A stretch of 64,000 nucleotides of DNA, taken from the NCBI RefSeq assembly GCF_006345805.1, contig NC_043001.1, positions 30,752,001 through 30,816,000 on the forward strand. The letters are read 5' to 3'. Position numbers and translations under genes: made by a program. This document shows, in pieces, positions 40,883-54,394 of the stretch. Each line of letters starts with the position of its first letter. Position 1 is the first letter of the stretch. The notes beneath the pieces are model-generated. The model was given only the letters and a program-made list of their open reading frames with translations. It was not told the origin of the DNA and searched no databases. The DNA comes from Octopus sinensis (taxonomy: Eukaryota).

Positions 40883-41699
40883 TTGCAAGACAAGGATATT
40901 TCAGCTGAGAGAGGGAGAGGAACTAAGAAGTGGCCATGTGCCACAAAAAGGTTTTAGAATAAGCAAATATGTAAAATGGTGGTAAAAGTACCATTCCAAT
41001 TGACATTAATTTTTTTTCCTCTGAGGGTATAATTCTAGAAATGAAATAACATTGTATCTATTTATTGACTAAAGGAGGCTTCATATCATAGCTGTGGCTT
41101 TTTTTTTTTTAGTAGAAAGTGCTAAAGTGTGTTAATCGCCAGTTAGTTAGTAATAAATATGGTAAGGAGAAGCTAACAAGTGATGGTAGGGTGATATTTT
41201 AGTCCAGAACTTGAACAATTCAATGAAAGTCAACTTTCTTGGTGAAAGATATTCATATAATGTGCAAAACTGATCTGGCCGTAGCAGTCAATTTTTGTGA
41301 TCTGGATTTGACTACAATGAATGATGCAATTGTGCTGTATACAAAAGTACTTTTTGCATCATTATATTCACTTGCTTACTGTTATTATGGAGGTTCATGA
41401 CATAGAACTTATATTTACTAAAAAAGAGAAGTTTATCTTTAAGTTTATCTGTACCACATCACTCATACATACTAACACTATTCATCCAGTGGAGCATGCT
41501 TGTTTCATTTCACTAACATTTGAACATTCTCTGCATTCAACATTTCACTATTACACAATGTCACACTTTGCACACAGACAACATACAATCTGCTGCCTTT
41601 TACTTGAAGAGAGAACCCTTTTGTTACTTACAAAAGTAATAACTTCCTGAATTTTTTCCATCTTGTTCTTATTTATTCATCTATGACTAGTTTTCATAA

Positions 41700-41940
41700 A
41701 GACTACCAGGCTACAAATTGTGGTACCTTGTCAAAGGCCTTCTTCTGATCATTAAGCGCTTAGTAGAGAGACATATTCTTTGCTAAAAATTTCTCTTGCA
41801 GCTGTCTCACTCTGAGAGAGCATCAGTTGTACACCATCCTTCCTCATGAGGGTTTCAGTTTTAGCCTTCAATACTGAAATTGGAGTTATAGAACACTTCT
41901 TGTTATGATCCTTGGTGTAGTACTATGAGAACAGCCTCAC
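41700..41940 (-). mobile_element. Degraded RTE reverse-transcriptase fragment
   Basis: Minus strand gives RQLQEKFLAKN...KAFDKVP with stops and frameshift. Confidence 0.55.
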
Positions 41941-44900
41941 TCTAAGCTACTCACAACAACTTTGCAATCCTTTCCCCCTAGATCTATCCAGAGTGGATGT
42001 GCATGAGCTGGGGAACAGGGGGTGAGCTTGTACCCCTTAAAATTTTTGTGGGGTGCAAAATCAAAATTTACACCCCTACTTACTTTTCTTAGGTTTAGAA
42101 AACAGTGAGTAAAAAGTGATCTGTAAAAAGTAGCTTGAATTAGGTTTCTTCTCAAAGAACATAAATAGATAAGAAAAAAAACATGACCTTATTTGTAAAA
42201 ATTTTTAGACCTGGGTTTGCACTCCCTAAACAAATTTCATTCCCGAAACAGTGTGAAGGTGTTGGACTCATGATTGTAAGATTGTGGTTTTGATCCTAGA
42301 GTGGGCCACATGTTATGTTCTTATGCAAAACATTTCATTTCACATTGTTCCAGTTCACTCAGCTGGCAAAAATGAGTAATCCTGCAATGGACTGGCATCC
42401 CATCCAGGTGAGGAATTTATATGCCAGAGAAACCGGGAAACTGGCCCTTATGAGTCAGTATGACTTGAAGAAGGTAACTTTACCCTTTTCTTCTACATCT
42501 ATCCACATACATCAGGCTGCATCAGTCCATCACTACCATGTCCCCTCAATTCAGTAGCCTAGTGTCATCAAGATCCCCTACACTAATGGAACCATAGATG
42601 TATGACATGGCATCTGCAAAGCCACATCGGTGGCTACCCTTCTACTCTGGTACAGGATAATGGGACTTTTTAGTCATCCAAGCATTTAACAATTTTTATA
42701 GCATCAGTGACATGATAAAATACACCCAGTACACTGTAAAATGCTTGGTGTTACAAAGAGCATCCATTTGTAAAAAAGTAAAAAAATGCCTAAAATCATC
42801 ATCATCATTATTGTTTAACATCTGCTTTCCATGCTAGCATGGGTTGGACAAATGACTGAGGGCTGGCGAACCAGATGGCTGCACCAGGCTTCGAGATATA
42901 CAAACAAGATATGGACTCTGCAACTTTTGTCACAAGCTGTCTCTGCCTCAATAAGTTCCATCTGGCCCATGCAAACATGGAAAGTGGATGTTAAAGCAAT
43001 GATAATAATGTTGTGTGTGTGTGTGTGTGTATTGGATGTATTTCCATAACATTATTATCATTTGAGTTACCACTGACGACTTTGTTTTTAGTTCTCCTGT
43101 CAATAGATTTAGTGCTTGACAATGTTTTCAGTAGTGTAATCTTCCTCCTGACACTGTAATAACTTATCTTTTGTTTAAATTGACTTACTCTTCAATCTAT
43201 TATGATGCGAACAGACACTTAATATATTTGACATTTTATTGCTGCAACTGACTGTCTTTATTTCCCTAGTGAAACAGCCCATGGCCCTTTGGAGAATTAT
43301 TTCAACAATGATTCTGTAGCTTATACCAAGATAGATATACACTTGCACTATTATCATACTAGAATCTTATATATTACAAGTATTTGTCTTGTTTCTCTTT
43401 ATGGCACATTCTCTCTATATATATCTGTATACCTAGTTATCTCCTATCTTCTGCCCCTTTCTCTACCTATTTGTCTGTTGTTCTGTCAGTTTCTTTGTCT
43501 GTACTTACCTGTCTATCTGTCTACTTATATTTGTTTATCAGCCTGAATGATCTATCTGTCTTCTTGAAACTCTCTTCATCATATTGGTCTATTGCACTTC
43601 ATCCTTCGCTATTTCTCCATCTTTTCTTTTATATATGCCTGTCAGTCAGTCTGTCTCTGCTCCCCCTTCTTTCCCACCATCACACACAGGTGCAGATAGG
43701 TCTAATAAACATATTTTCAAAGATAAGATTTAAGCATAAAGAGATTCTCTCTGATAATACTGGTCTACTGACATACATTTATCTTAAGTTATTAAACCAT
43801 TATGTAACTGAGACATTCCACATTGTATTCTACTGACATCTTTCATTCTGACATCCCTTTCCCTCTTATCTATCCATTTTTTTACATAGCCCATACCGGT
43901 GCCATGCAGAAAGCACCCTATTACTGCCGTGTAAAAGCATCCATGCCAGTGCCACATAAAAGTAGAGTATTTTGTTGAGTCAAAAGTTTTACAATATTTT
44001 GGTAGCTTATTTGCTTTATTCATCAAGTTACATCAAAAGCAGCCTAGCATTCAAAGTGAAGGCCATTGTGTTGTACCATCTGAAGCCACCTTTCTGTTGT
44101 GGGGATAATAGTAATAATGGTACATCCCTCCAACATGTCAAGTGGTATGTGCTAGTCACTATAAATAAGGTGATGTCGGTCAGTAAAAGGAAGGAGTATG
44201 AAGTAGACAGTCATAGATAGTCATGGTCTTACTTGTCTTACTAACTATACTGTTATACTAGAGTGAGTATTATAACAATCTGAAATAAAGGATTATAACA
44301 GTGGTGACAATGAATTAACAAACTCACAAGGAATTAACAAACTGCCGAGGAATTAACAAACTCGCAGGGTTATGAAATTCGCAAATTTTATTGGAAAGAA
44401 AAAATCATCCCCTCATAATTCCACTGGACACAGAGCATCATCTTGTGTTTGAAATGCCTATGTTTGGTTACAAGTTTTAGAAGCTGGCCCTTGTTTAACC
44501 ATTGCCTATGTACATTAGGATTGTGAATGGATGAAAGGCAAAGTCAACCGTGGCAGAATTTGAACCTAGAAAGTGAGGACAGACAAAATACCACTAAGCA
44601 TTTTTCCCAGTGTGCTAATGATTCTGCCAGCTCACAGACTTTTCAAATTTTGGCACAATGCCAGCAATTTTGGGGGAGGGGTTAAGTCGATTACATATAC
44701 TTATTTTATCAACCTCAAAAGGATGAAAGCAGAATTTGAACTCAGAACGTAAAGCTAGAAGAAATTCTGCTAAGTGTTTTGTCCAACACAATAATCATTC
44801 TGCCAGCTCACCATCTTAATAATAAACATAATAATTATGATAAAGATTACAACATCAGCCACAAATAATTGTCAGATTTTATGTATAAAGCTCGACAGTA

Positions 44901-45417
44901 ATCTGGCTTCACTTAGATTAAGAAAGCAGTTGAGAATCAGAACACTTAGAAAAGAACGTTTTACTATCTCTGAATGAATAAATATGCTCTAAGTTGAAGC
45001 AGATGGCAGTAATTATCAGTGCCAACAAAATGAGGTACAAATCTTGAAAGAATTTTAGATTGTAGTGAAGCTACTTTGCAGATGTAGCTGGTTTAAATCA
45101 TCTTTGGTAAACATGACATTAAACATTGTTTGTCACTTATTTATTTATTTTTTTTCTATTTTAGTTTTTTTTTTTAAATCTTCAACTGTTGTTAAGAAGC
45201 GGCATTGTTGTCCCAGATAGAATGGTATCTTCTGCAAGGAGAAGATTTATCTCACCAGTTTAATTTTGTGAAATCAGAGTTTAGTACTGGTTCTCATTTG
45301 TTCCTTGACGCTTTTAACTCTTTTGATGTCAACTTTTCTGAGAACTATATTTGGCTTTTTATCTAAATTAAAATCTTTTGATCAAAATTCGAAAATTTTA
45401 TGTTGTTTCAAACATCA

Positions 45418-45810
45418 GCTTCATCATCATTGTCATCATCATCATCACCATTGTCATCATCGTCGTCATCATCATCATCATTGTCATCGTCATCATCATC
45501 ATCATCACCATTGTCATCATCGTTGTCATCATCATCATTGTCATTGTCATCATCATCGTCGTCATCATCATCATTGTCATCGTCGTCATCATCATCATTG
45601 TCATCGTCATCATCATCGTCGTCATCATCATTGTCATCGTCATCATTATCGTCGTTGTCATCATCATCATCATTGTCATCGTCATCATCATTGTTATCGT
45701 CGTCGTTGTCGTCGTCATCATCATCATCATTGTCATCATCATTGTCATCATCATCATCATTGTCATCATCCATCATCATCATCATTGTCATCAACATCAT
45801 CATCATCATT
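45418..45810. repeat. Expanded compound (CAT/CGT/TGT)n tract, tail of a minus-strand RTE fragment
   Basis: Triplet tract directly abutting gtttaacgtc, the RTE terminus. Confidence 0.9.
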
Positions 45811-46241
45811 GTTTAACGTCTGATGAGTTGGACGGTTTGACAAAGATCTGGAGAGCCAATGGCTGCTTCAGACTCCAATCTGATCTGGCAATTTTTCTAC
45901 AGCTGGATGCCTTTCCTAATGCCAACCACTCTGTGCTTTTTACATGCCACCAGCACAGGAGCCAGTCAGGCAGGCCTGGCATCGATCATGTTTGGATAGT
46001 GCTTTTTACATGCTACCAGCATGGGAGCTTCTTAAAAATAAAGATATTTACTAAATTCTTTGTTATTTTCAAAATTTATTGATACAGAAGCAATGAATAT
46101 CAACTGAAATATGGTAACAAAAGGGTGCAAAACATTCACAAAAAGATATTGTTGTGTGCTGTGACTTATCATAGAGCAATAGAGCATGCTTTGAGAGAGA
46201 TTTGGCTGCTATTTCTTATAATTTGAAATTTTTATTTTCAG

Positions 46242-46413
46242 GCTGCTTTCATCGAAGGCCAAGAAAATCAACGTAATGGAGAATGGAAAGAAGGTGTAAA
46301 ATTAATAGAGGAAGCTATCAATGAGTTTATCAAAGAAGAGGAAGAATGCCGAATCCTCTGTGAAGGTCCTTATGATCATGAAAGTTTCCCAGAGTTTATC
46401 AATGCAATATCAG
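46242..46413 (+). CDS. CRTAP: CRTAP-like coding exon B (172 nt, phase 0-1)
   Basis: ttttcag| acceptor and CAG|gtctgt donor. Translates AAFIEGQENQRNGEWKEGVKLIEEAINEFIKEEEECRILCEGPYDHESFPEFINAIS with the leprecan CxxxC motif (CRILC). The 172-nt length matches the recalled human CRTAP exon 3. Confidence 0.88.
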
Positions 46414-46437
46414 GTCTGTAGGGTCTTCATTGTTTTC

Positions 46438-46480
<43 letters not shown>

Positions 46481-46519
46481 CAAAAAAAAATTCTGGTTTT
46501 ATTGGCCACAAGGGCAATA

Positions 46520-46737
46520 ATAATAATAATCTTTTCTACTAAAGGCACAAGGCCTGAAATTTTGTGAGAGGGGACAAGTCAATTACATTGACCCCAGTGT
46601 TCCACTGGTACTTATTTAATGACTCTGAAAGGATGAAAAGCAAAGCCAATCTCAGCAGAATTTGAACTCAGAACATGAAGATGGACAAAATGCTGCTAGG
46701 CATTTCACCTGGTGTGTTAACAATCCTGCCAGCTCGC

Positions 46738-46774
<37 letters not shown>

Positions 46775-47730
46775 GTAATGATAATAATGATTTCAAATTC
46801 TGGCACAAGGTCAGAAATTTCTGGTGTGGGGTTGAAGTCAATTACATTGACCCAGTGCTCAGCTGGTGCTTATTTTATCAACCCTGAAAGGGTGAAAGGC
46901 AAAGTCAGCTTCAGTGGAATTTGAACACCAAACATAAGGATGGATGAAATGCCATTAAGTATTTTGCCCAGACTGCTTATGATTCTGCCTAGTTGCTGTC
47001 TTAATAATCCTTTCTACTATAGGCACAAGGCCTGGAAATTTGGGGGAGGAGGATAGTTGACTACATCGACCCCAGTACTCGACTGGTACTTAATTGATCA
47101 ACCCCAAAAGGATGAAAGGCAAAGCTGACTTTGGTGAAATTTGAACTCACAACATAATGCTGCTAAGCATTTTTCACGATGCCCTAATAATTCACTCAAT
47201 TTATTGCCATAATGATCCTTTCTTCTAAAAGCACAAGGCCAGAAATTTGGTGGAGGGAGTCACTTACATCGACTGGTACTTAATTTATCAACTCCAAAAT
47301 GATGAAAGACTTTGGTAGAATTTGAACTCAGAATGTAAAGACAGACAGCTGATAAAAAAAAAAAGTTTGTGGTACATCTCTTTATCTTTAAATTCCACCA
47401 GATTCAGTATTAGTTCCTATCTATCTGCTGTTGATCAAATGAGGAATAGTTTAGTACTGAGATTAGTTAAATCAGCCATGCCTCTTCCACAAATTTGTGA
47501 CCTTATGGCTATGTTAGAAAAAAAAATCCTTTCTATCATAGGTATAAGGTCTGAAATTTAGGGGAGCAGGATAGTGAATTATTTTGACCCCAGTACTTAT
47601 TTTATTGACCCTGAGAGGATGAAAGGTTAAGTCAACCTTGGTGGAATTTGAACTCAGAATGTAAAGACAGCCAGAATGATGCTAAGCATTTCACCTGTGT
47701 GCTACGAATCCTGCTAGCTTGCCACCTTAT
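46520..47730 (-). mobile_element. Array of about five head-to-tail family-B SINEs (Nin/Deu-like core)
   Basis: Repeated ctggtacttattt...cgacccc...aaaggatgaaaggcaaagtcgac...gaatttgaactcagaac units separated by (AAT)n. Other copies: 30815-31245(+), 36053-36285(-), 44505-44820(-), 48587-48990(+), 54022-54230(-), 56893-57120(+), 60635-60847(-), 61580-61795(-), 63113-63600(+). The Nin-domain assignment is from memory. Confidence 0.8.
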
Positions 47731-47754
47731 ACCAGCTAAATTATAATAATAAAG

Positions 47755-48050
47755 CTTCTCCACATTGAGAGGTCACAGCTTTGGTACTATGGACATGTGA
47801 TAAGGATGTTTCAGGGAAGAATTGTGAGATGGATTCTTCAAACCAAGCCATTTGGCAGAAGATCTAGAGATAGACCAAGAATGAGATGGATGGGTAATAT
47901 CCATTGACTTGGTTGCAGTTGATTACACTTAAGAGTCTGGTCAGAAAGTCTTATGGTGGATGCTTTTGATAGGCCCCTGTGGAGGAGGTGCCTGAGGACT
48001 GTACTGTTATGATGCTCCCAGGTATCAGGGGTGGAGAAGATGGATGGAAG
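47755..48050 (+). mobile_element. RTE LINE 3' end, same family as 2063-2270
   Basis: Encodes IERSQLWYYGHVIRM...GRRSRDRPRMRW with stops; ends in a gatggatgga tail. Confidence 0.7.
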
Positions 48051-49138
48051 GACATTGCTGGTCTGTTTTGTTTGCCAGAGGAGCATCAAATGAGGAAATT
48101 ACAAAGACGGGTTACAATTTGTGTAGGGGTTTACATAAAATTAGGTGAGGTGGAGTGGGGAAAATGAAATAAAATGTTTACTATTTTTACTGCAGTCATT
48201 CACCTCTTGATAAGTTCACCAGAGGAGAGTGCTTTCGTCTCCGCCCTCACATGACTTTTCAAGTGAAACTTGAAAAGGTCGATGAGGGCTTGACTAAAAA
48301 CAAAAAGGCATCTGCTTTGTATCTGTTGCATCCACAAATATAAACCTTAGGATTCAAATTGTGTGCTTTTTCACAAAAAAAAAAAAGAAAAAAGAAATCT
48401 ATTAACTCCCCACTTCCAGTCTTTCTTTCATATTCAAAGTAGATAAGGTAAAAAGTGGTGTTTAGTTTACTTTTTTTATTTGAATATGAAGGCGCCATTA
48501 CATGTGAAAAGTGTAAATCAAAGTTTCTGATTTAAACATAATTAGTTGCAAGATTGTATTGAGAAAAAATATTTATTTATTTATTGATGGCAGCGAGCTG
48601 GCAGAATCGTTAGCATGCCGGGCAAAATGCTCGTCTGTCTTTACGTTCTGAGTTCAAATTCCACCGAGGTTGACTTTGCCTTTCATCCTTTCGGAGTTGA
48701 TTAAATAAGTACCAGTTATGCACCGGGGTCGATATAATCGACTTAATCTGTTTGTCTGTCCTTGTTTGTCCTCACTGTGTTTAGCCCCTTGTGGGTAGTA
48801 AAGAAATAGGTATTTCATCTGCCGTTACGTTCTGAGTTAAAATTCCGCCGAGGTCGACTTTGCCATTCATCCTTTCGAGGTCGATTAAATAAGTACCAGT
48901 TATGCACTGGGGTCGATATAATCGACTTAATCCGTTTGTCTGTCCTTGTTTGTCATCTGTGTTTTTAGCCCCTTGCGGGTAGTAAAAAAAAAATAATAAT
49001 TTATTTATTTTTGAATGCCAAAATCTGAAGAAATGTTAGAGATTAAGAAGTTGGGAAAGTCTCAAAAAATTATATCTTTAACAAATGGACGAAAATAAAG
49101 AATAAATCTCTACCTTCATATTGTTTATCTTATTTCAG

Positions 49139-49264
49139 AGCACTTTATCAGTGTTTTAAAATGCCAGAATAAATGTGAAGGAAAGCTAAGCATACTTCAT
49201 GGTGAGAAAGTAAAAGACTTCTTCCCAGAATTGTATAACTATTTACAGTTTGGTTACTACAAAT
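49139..49264 (+). CDS. CRTAP: CRTAP-like coding exon C (126 nt, phase 1-1)
   Basis: tttcag|AG acceptor and T|gtaagt donor. Translates (E)HFISVLKCQNKCEGKLSILHGEKVKDFFPELYNYLQFGYYK, with a CxxxC motif and the family YxYLQFxYYK motif. Confidence 0.9.
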
Positions 49265-49381
49265 GTAAGTATCTGCTATAAGCATTTATTACATTGCATT
49301 TTGAGTTTAGATGCGTGCATTTATGTGGCTTTCTGTATATCTGTGTGTGGCTGGGTGAATTCATGTGCTTCTATATGCCTT

Positions 49382-49788
49382 TCATCATCATTGTTTGACC
49401 GTGGTCGAGACAGTGGAATTTACTATGCTATACCAGACTTCACGGTCCATCATAGCATTACGGAGGTCCTGTTGCTGGATGCCTGTATCCCTGGAGATTA
49501 CATCAGGGTAGGAGAGTGTGCGCTCTCTGGTATTGCGAGTAGATGGCTTCCAGAGGAGAAGAGCAGAAATTACCTCATTTTCAGCTCTACAACAATGTCC
49601 AGCAAACTGGACTCTTCTACCTTTCACAAGAGATGATACAGGTGATAGTTTCCCATATATTTGTACTTTGGTTGGATGATGCTTCCACGAGAGATTTTGA
49701 GCTCTCATGAGGCGAGTGTAAGTTCCATCCAACCGCCTCTCAAGCTTCTTTGATAACGTCCAGATTTCTGAGCCATATAGTAGAATTT
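49382..49788 (-). mobile_element. RTE-clade LINE 3' end, third family
   Basis: Encodes ILLYGSEIWTLSKKLERRLDGTYTRLMRAQNLSWKHHPT...FAGHCCRAE...DREVW; ends in a (gat)n tail. Confidence 0.8.
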
Positions 49789-50723
49789 ACTTTGTGTGTG
49801 CGTGCGGTGTAATGTGTATGAGTATGTGTGTGTGTACTTTTACTTTTACTTGTTTCAGTCATTTGACTGTGGCCATGCTGGAGCACTGACACTTCCCCTC
49901 AGATCTATAAGTGCATATAGGCACTGGTATTCGTATTGGCTCTCGAGTTTCTTCTCTTTCTGTCATCACATATGTTAATATGCTGTTCACTTCAGCAACT
50001 CATGTCATAGTTTCTTCCAAGTTTTCCTGCAACAAATTTCGTGGGCCCTGCAAAAGCTCAATATGGTGATTTTGTTTTACCTCAAGCAATTCATGCGGTT
50101 ACATACATGGTCAAGTGTTCAATCATTACTAAAACTATCGAGTTGTTTCCCTTTGCAAAATATGTCCCCCTTCTTACTGTAGTTGATTTTGAAGAAAATA
50201 GCAATCATTCCTACTTCATAAGTTATGTGATTATAAGTTGATATGGTATTTTTTTTTTTTTTGGAGAATAAATTCATGTTAGAAAAATGTGAATGTATTC
50301 GAAATTTCAAAGTACTGTAAATACTTACTTTACTTGTACTTGTGGCGACATTCACCCTGGGCGGGTTGAGTCAGCTTCTTCTACCACCCTCGAAGCAACT
50401 TGAAGAAGTTGGAAGAAGTTTTGTGGGAATATGTGGATTTCGCAAGCGGTCCCCAAGAATCCCGCAAGTAGAGACATCCTGTTTGCCGCAGATTGTCTGC
50501 AGACGCAGGGACAGAACGACCGAGGAGCCACCGGTTGCTGAAACAGACACTCCAAGGATTTTCACCAGAGCCCCGTCTGCTGGGTTGTGGCCCTAATACC
50601 ACTTGGTGTCAGACCAATCTGCCTTGGGTGGCCCTACCAGGAACCAAAGTTCCTGACGGCATACCTCTGACACTACCCATTGCCAGCGTCCCCACCACGG
50701 TGAGGAGGGGATGGACTTTGGGG

Positions 50724-51246
50724 ATATAAATCCTTGAGTATAATCCTCACTTTTTCCCCATAATTTAAAGGTCAAAATCCCTAGTGAGTACTATATACGA
50801 GGTTAAAAATGAAAAACATTTTCTAAGCAATGTCCGAGTCTCTATTTGTTGTCTGGCAATGTTTATTCAGATGCATTTTGTGATGTTGGGTGCGAAAATA
50901 CCTTAAGCTAAGCCTGAAAGCAATGAAGTCATAAAAGAATCATCCGTAACTTGCAGTAAGCAACATTTATTAAAATAGAAGTATTCAGAACACAGAATAA
51001 CATGTAACAAAAACAATTTTTGCAAACATATTTACATTCCCATATAACAGTTGAGAACATCACTATTATTGTATTATGCATGCGCGGAAGTGTTTGTTCG
51101 ACTAGGTGCTGCTGGCTTAATTACACACGACTCAAGTTAGAGAAGTGGTGTGTATTATACACAAGGTTTAGGTTTTTCAGAGGTACAGCCCCCTAAAAAT
51201 CCCCTGCGATTTTACCCAAGGGCGGACTATACTTGGGGATTTATGG
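50724..51246. mobile_element. Second copy of the same Tc1/pogo MITE
   Basis: Internal sequence is similar to 55656-56139; TIRs are more decayed. Confidence 0.8.
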
Positions 51247-52837
51247 TATATCCTATTCAAATCACCCGGTGTGATGTGTATGGATGTATGTATATATGGA
51301 TGGATACATGCCTTGTGGTTAAGAACTTTGCTTCATAACCATATGATTTCAGGTTTGATCCTACTGTTCAGCTCTTAGTGGTAAACGTCTTTTGCTGTAG
51401 CCTGGGCTGACCAATACCTTGTAAGGGAATTTGGTTGATAGAAAATGCAGGAAGTCTGTTGTATGTGTGCAAATTTACATGAATGTTTATATTCCACACT
51501 TGTCACTGCTTGAGTGAAAAGATGGTGATGTTGACATTCCTTGCTGACATTTTGACTGGTTGCTTTGCACTTTTGAAGGCTTGTAGAATAAAGAGCTCTC
51601 TTATTTGAGAAACAAATAAAAATTGGTGACAAGAGGATCCAGGTATAAAATCCTATCTCAAATAAGTCCCCATCGAAACCCATGCTACAATGGAAATAAT
51701 GGTTGTTAGACAAACAAATGTGTGTGTGTGTATGTGTGTGTAAAATGAATGTGTCTATAGACATGAACTTATACACATTATACTTATGAAATTGTTTCTC
51801 TTTTTGTTTGTGTAGAAAATTTGTATGTGTGTATTTATGAATATTTATGAACACTCATAAAAGCACTTGTGCAGTGCCACATAAAAGAACCCAGCACACC
51901 CTGTAAAGTGGTTGACATAAGGAAGGGTATCCAGCCATAGAAACCTTGCAAAATCAGACTGGAGTCTGGTGCAGCTCCCCAGCTTACCAGCTCTGGTTAC
52001 ACTGTCCAACCCATGCCAGTATGGACAACAGACGTTAAATGATGATGATGATGTTGATTTGTATGTATGTTGGTGGGTGTACATGCATGAGTCTTGACTA
52101 TGTCTTGCAAACAACTTGCACATGCAAGTGCTACCAGTCAAAAACTCTGCATACTCTGGTATGCAGAGTTTTTGAGTTTAGTGTATGGGGTCATCAGGAG
52201 AGAATGCGTGCCGTTTCGGGGCCTACCTCTCGATGGCATCAATGCGCACCGGCTCCCACTCACTGATATGAGGCCCTGCTTGCTAGATCATGTTTGTGTG
52301 TTCTCATCTGTATGTGTATATAAGAGTAAATATGTCTACTTTGTATATACTTACATGTACTTACTTATCTATGTATATTCCCTTTACAAATATTCTAAGG
52401 TTATTATTAAAACTGAGTTTAATCTCTGTAAAGATTTATTGCAAGATATTGCTAATATATTCTTTAATGTAAGCACAAGAATTGAAAATGATGATAATGA
52501 TGGTAAAGAAAGCAGTTGCTTGGAAGAATATCAGAATTATAATATAACTAACGACTGTAACTCTCATCACCATCATCATCATCATCATCATCATCATCAT
52601 TTCCACTAATATAACTATAATCAGTAGCTTTAGTATTCTTTTCATTTCCAGGACCATCAGCAACATCTACTGTTAACAGGCACTGCTATTGTACATAAAC
52701 GCTTTCATGGTGTTCTCCCAGCTTTCATCTTTTTTGGTTTGTCTTATCACTTGCTGAGTTCCCTTTGATGTTTTTGTGATTAAGAGGGTGCTTGTATTAA
52801 TGGTATGTAATTTGATAGCCTTTGTTTTTGATTGTAG

Positions 52838-52971
52838 TGAATGATATTCCAAATGCTGTAAAGGCTACAGCTTCTTATCTAGTGTTGAAACCCGATGATC
52901 CCACCATGTTGGATAATAAACAGATTTATATAAAGTCTGGAATAACACCTGAAAATATCATACCTCGACCA
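52838..52971 (+). CDS. CRTAP: CRTAP-like coding exon D (134 nt, phase 1-0)
   Basis: ttgtag|TG acceptor and CCA|gtatgt donor. Translates (L)NDIPNAVKATASYLVLKPDDPTMLDNKQIYIKSGITPENIIPRP, matching CRTAP LNDLKNA...SYLL...PRP. The phase joins exon C. Confidence 0.88.
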
Positions 52972-53590
52972 GTATGTATGAATTTGTTTGATGATATATA
53001 TCTTTTTTTTTTTTTTCATTAAAATTCCTTCAGCAGTACCAGAATTAGTCTTTAACCAAAAAGTCAATTGTTGGTATTTAGAACAGATGACTTAGCCAAT
53101 TGCTGAACTTTTGAACATTTTTCCAATTTTTATTGTGTTAGTAGTTAATTAAATCTGGAAAAATTCAGCTATATTTTTTGGGGCAGGGTTAGTGGTGTCA
53201 TAGCTGCTCAAAATTAATCTGTATATATTTAGTAATGTTTAGTGAATGATTGTAAAAATAAATTGAAACTTGTATCAAAGTTGCAACAACTGTAGCTAAC
53301 CATATCCTCTTCTTAACTGAATTTTCTTAGAACATGTCTGTCACCTGGACACCTTTTTTTTTTGTAATACAAATTTAAGTTTAATTTCTCTTTCACTAAA
53401 CACTATGTCTAAATCAGCTAAAATATTCCTCCAATATTTCTTGTTATCAAAGTTGTAGATATATTCAAATATTAACAAATAGTTAAACCCAACATAATCA
53501 ATATATTGAAATGTACTTGAATAAATTAGTGTACATTATTATGTTTAATCTATGGTGAAATCTCTTGTACCATAGTTATATGGTTTAAAT

Positions 53591-53840
53591 CAGTGGTTTT
53601 CAACTTTTTTTTGCCTGTGAACCCTCTTGATTCTTATTTTACTTAGATTTCCCTCCCAGCCATTTGAAGTTTAAAAAAATCCCATTATATTTTTATAATT
53701 AGATATTATTAGGAATTGTATTAAAAAATAGAATATTTTGTGTATTATTGAAGTAAAGCAGATTTGTTGCACGTAATTTTTAACAACTAAATTTCATATG
53801 GATTCCCAAAGGCCATATGGACCCTAATTGAGAACTACTG
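53591..53840. mobile_element. hAT-type MITE
   Basis: Termini cagtggttttcaac...ttgagaactactg. The 8-bp flanks gtttaaat and gtttcaat match at 7 of 8 positions, consistent with a hAT TSD. Confidence 0.7.
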
Positions 53841-54394
53841 GTTTCAATGAAAAGAACTCCTTAATTATGTAATTATAGGAAATATATTTATATATTGACT
53901 GTAGAGTATTGAACTAAATGCTTTTACATAACTATCTCATTCAATATCTCACTGTCTTGAGTTGAAATCTCCCCAGAGTCCATTTTGTATTTCATTGCAT
54001 CAAAATACATAAAGTAATCTTTTCTACTCTAGGCACAAGGCCTGAAATTTTGGGGAAGGGGGTGTGATTAGATCAACCCCAGTATGCAACTGGTACTTAA
54101 TTTATTGACCCCAAAAGGATAACAGGCAAAGTCGACTTTGGCGAAATTTGAACTCAGAACATAAAGGCAGACGAAATACCACTAAGCATTTTGCCCGGCG
54201 TGCTAATGTTTTTACCAGCTTGCCACCTGAAAATACATAAAGTAATGTAATAGAACTGACTGGCAATATGATTGACTCAACTAAGTTGACAGCACCTTTC
54301 ACCTTTATATTTAAACAAAATTAGTCTTTTTTTATATATATCTATATAATCGTGAAATAATTCTATGTACTTACATGTCTATTTTTCATTGCAG

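Noticed and set aside
44312-44368. Three gaattaacaaact repeats with short variable spacers
   Set aside because: The variable parts are only about 6 nt; this is an ordinary degenerate 19-bp minisatellite.
45305-46082. Long ORFs (poly-His/Ile/Asp/Ser; also 8696-9131, 59190-60013, 61719-62361)
   Set aside because: These are translations of microsatellites, which lack stops in several frames.
50600-50680. HDV-like ribozyme
   Set aside because: I could not place P1/P3/L3 or a C-N-R-A J4/2 segment; kept only as an unexplained structured motif.
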